A DNA stretch of 64,000 bases, taken from NCBI GenBank assembly GCA_043228905.1, contig JBHGNT010000001.1, positions 5,332,001 to 5,396,000 of the forward strand, read 5' to 3'. Below, in pieces: positions 62,831-64,000 of this stretch. The DNA is from Azolla caroliniana. Its lineage: Eukaryota; Plantae; Polypodiophyta. The notes under the pieces were generated by a model. It had not been told where the DNA came from. It was given only the letters and a program-made list of their open reading frames with translations, and did no database searches. The position numbers and the translations under genes were made by a program. Position 1 is the first letter of the stretch. Every line of letters starts with the position of its first letter.

Positions 62831-64000
62831 GACAAATAATTGAACAGAGAGTGAGGAGTGATGGCGAGGAGCGATGGCAGAACAACGGCCAATACCTGAT
62901 TCGACGCATAGAGGGGGTTCCGGTGCACCTCCCCTTGATTAGCCTTCTACATCTCCCCATAATTTCACGTAAGGTCGTCTCACTCTCCTTGTCAGATAAT
63001 GATAAGAATATCATGTTGGAAGAAGTACAACAACTACAGGAGGTTTCTCTGGTAGCTCATATGGAAGGATCAAGGCCAAATAGGCCTGAGTTGCGTCGAA
63101 TGTTGTACGCTTCCTTCCCAGAAGAAATCAACATTGTTATGTACATCCAATTCATCGGCAAAGGATGTTATTATTTGGAGTTTTCCGATTCTTCTTCAGT
63201 GGATCATTTGTTGAAGATCAAACATACATCAATGCAGGGAAATTGGATATCTTTCTACAAGTGGACTCATAATCTGGTTGCAGATGAGATTTTGCAGCAC
63301 AAAGAAGCCCAAATGATCTTTACAACCGTTTTTCCAGGATTGAAGAAAGAATGGCATCAAGTATTAGCTCAAATAGGTTCTCTTTTAGGTACTGTAATAG
63401 CGATTAAAGATGAGGCGTCACAGGAAGATGAGTGTATACGAGGAGCACCAACGGTGAGGATTTTGGCCCCCCGAAATAATGTTTTACCATCTTCAGTTTT
63501 GCTGCCAAATTTGCAAGAAAATAAAGAGTCATTGCCCCAAAGGATTGTGTATCAGGGGCTTTCGGATCAATGTTTTATATGTAGGCATTTTGGGCATTTA
63601 GGGAAGGATTGTCCTCGGAAACGTTATCGATTAGAGGAGGCCCCTAAGTCGACTGCTAAGGTGGGGAGATCCGACTGGACTCCAGTAGCAGCCAAACATA
63701 CTTTTAAACAATTTAACTCACCAGTCAATTCTATAGTTTTGTTCGATGGTAATCCGTACAATACTTTGAATAACGATGAAGATAGGAATATCTCCTCGCA
63801 AAATATTGTAAGGGAGAAGAATAAAGTTGTTGAAATACAGAATCCAACAACCTTGAAGCCTTGACTATTAAAGAAAGTAAGGATAGACATCATAAATTGG
63901 AGGGTCCGTATGGGGCAATTGAATGGTAATCATTTGTGGGATAAAGGGAAGCATATCATTCAATCCTTGCCTCATCCGGTGCCTCAGGACAAGGCGCGAC
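62831..64000 (+). mobile_element. L1-clade LINE D (5' end and ORF1) nested in the copia integrase; continues beyond the window
   Basis: ORF 62851..63864 has GSRPNRPELRRML, IGKGCYYLEF, VFPGL and CFICRHFGHLGKDC, homologous to ORF1 of LINEs A and B. The frame stays open after the TGA at 63862-63864. Confidence 0.9.

Overview
AT-rich, transposon-rich nuclear DNA of a land plant. The style of the PLS-PPR genes suggests a fern or other non-seed plant, but that is inference. Four apparently intact host genes: two intronless PLS-class PPR genes arranged head-to-head (27506-29941 minus; 31875-33989 plus), a 7-exon CRCK3-like kinase (35840-41101 minus) and a 3-exon R2R3-MYB (46087-51224 minus). Two decayed PPR remnants lie at about 8.9-10.6 kb and 19.4-19.7 kb. 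Mobile DNA: two near-complete, decayed L1-clade LINEs with target-site duplications (217-6206 minus; 11660-17710 plus), two 5'-truncated LINE copies, a 133-bp retroposed insert, a hAT-type MITE, a probable solo LTR, a nested palindromic foldback array, and a Ty1/copia element interrupted by another LINE. Most notable: (i) a short 3'-terminal motif TAACTAATG-N(8-13)-TTTTGG shared by five retroposed insertions, four of them with otherwise dissimilar 3' UTRs; (ii) a duplication-born AG|GT site in kinase intron 4 that resembles a recursive splice site; (iii) an unrecognised ~170-aa domain at the end of one LINE ORF1; (iv) a near-perfect 101-bp hairpin. Gene models were read by eye from splice signals and frame; no searches were run.
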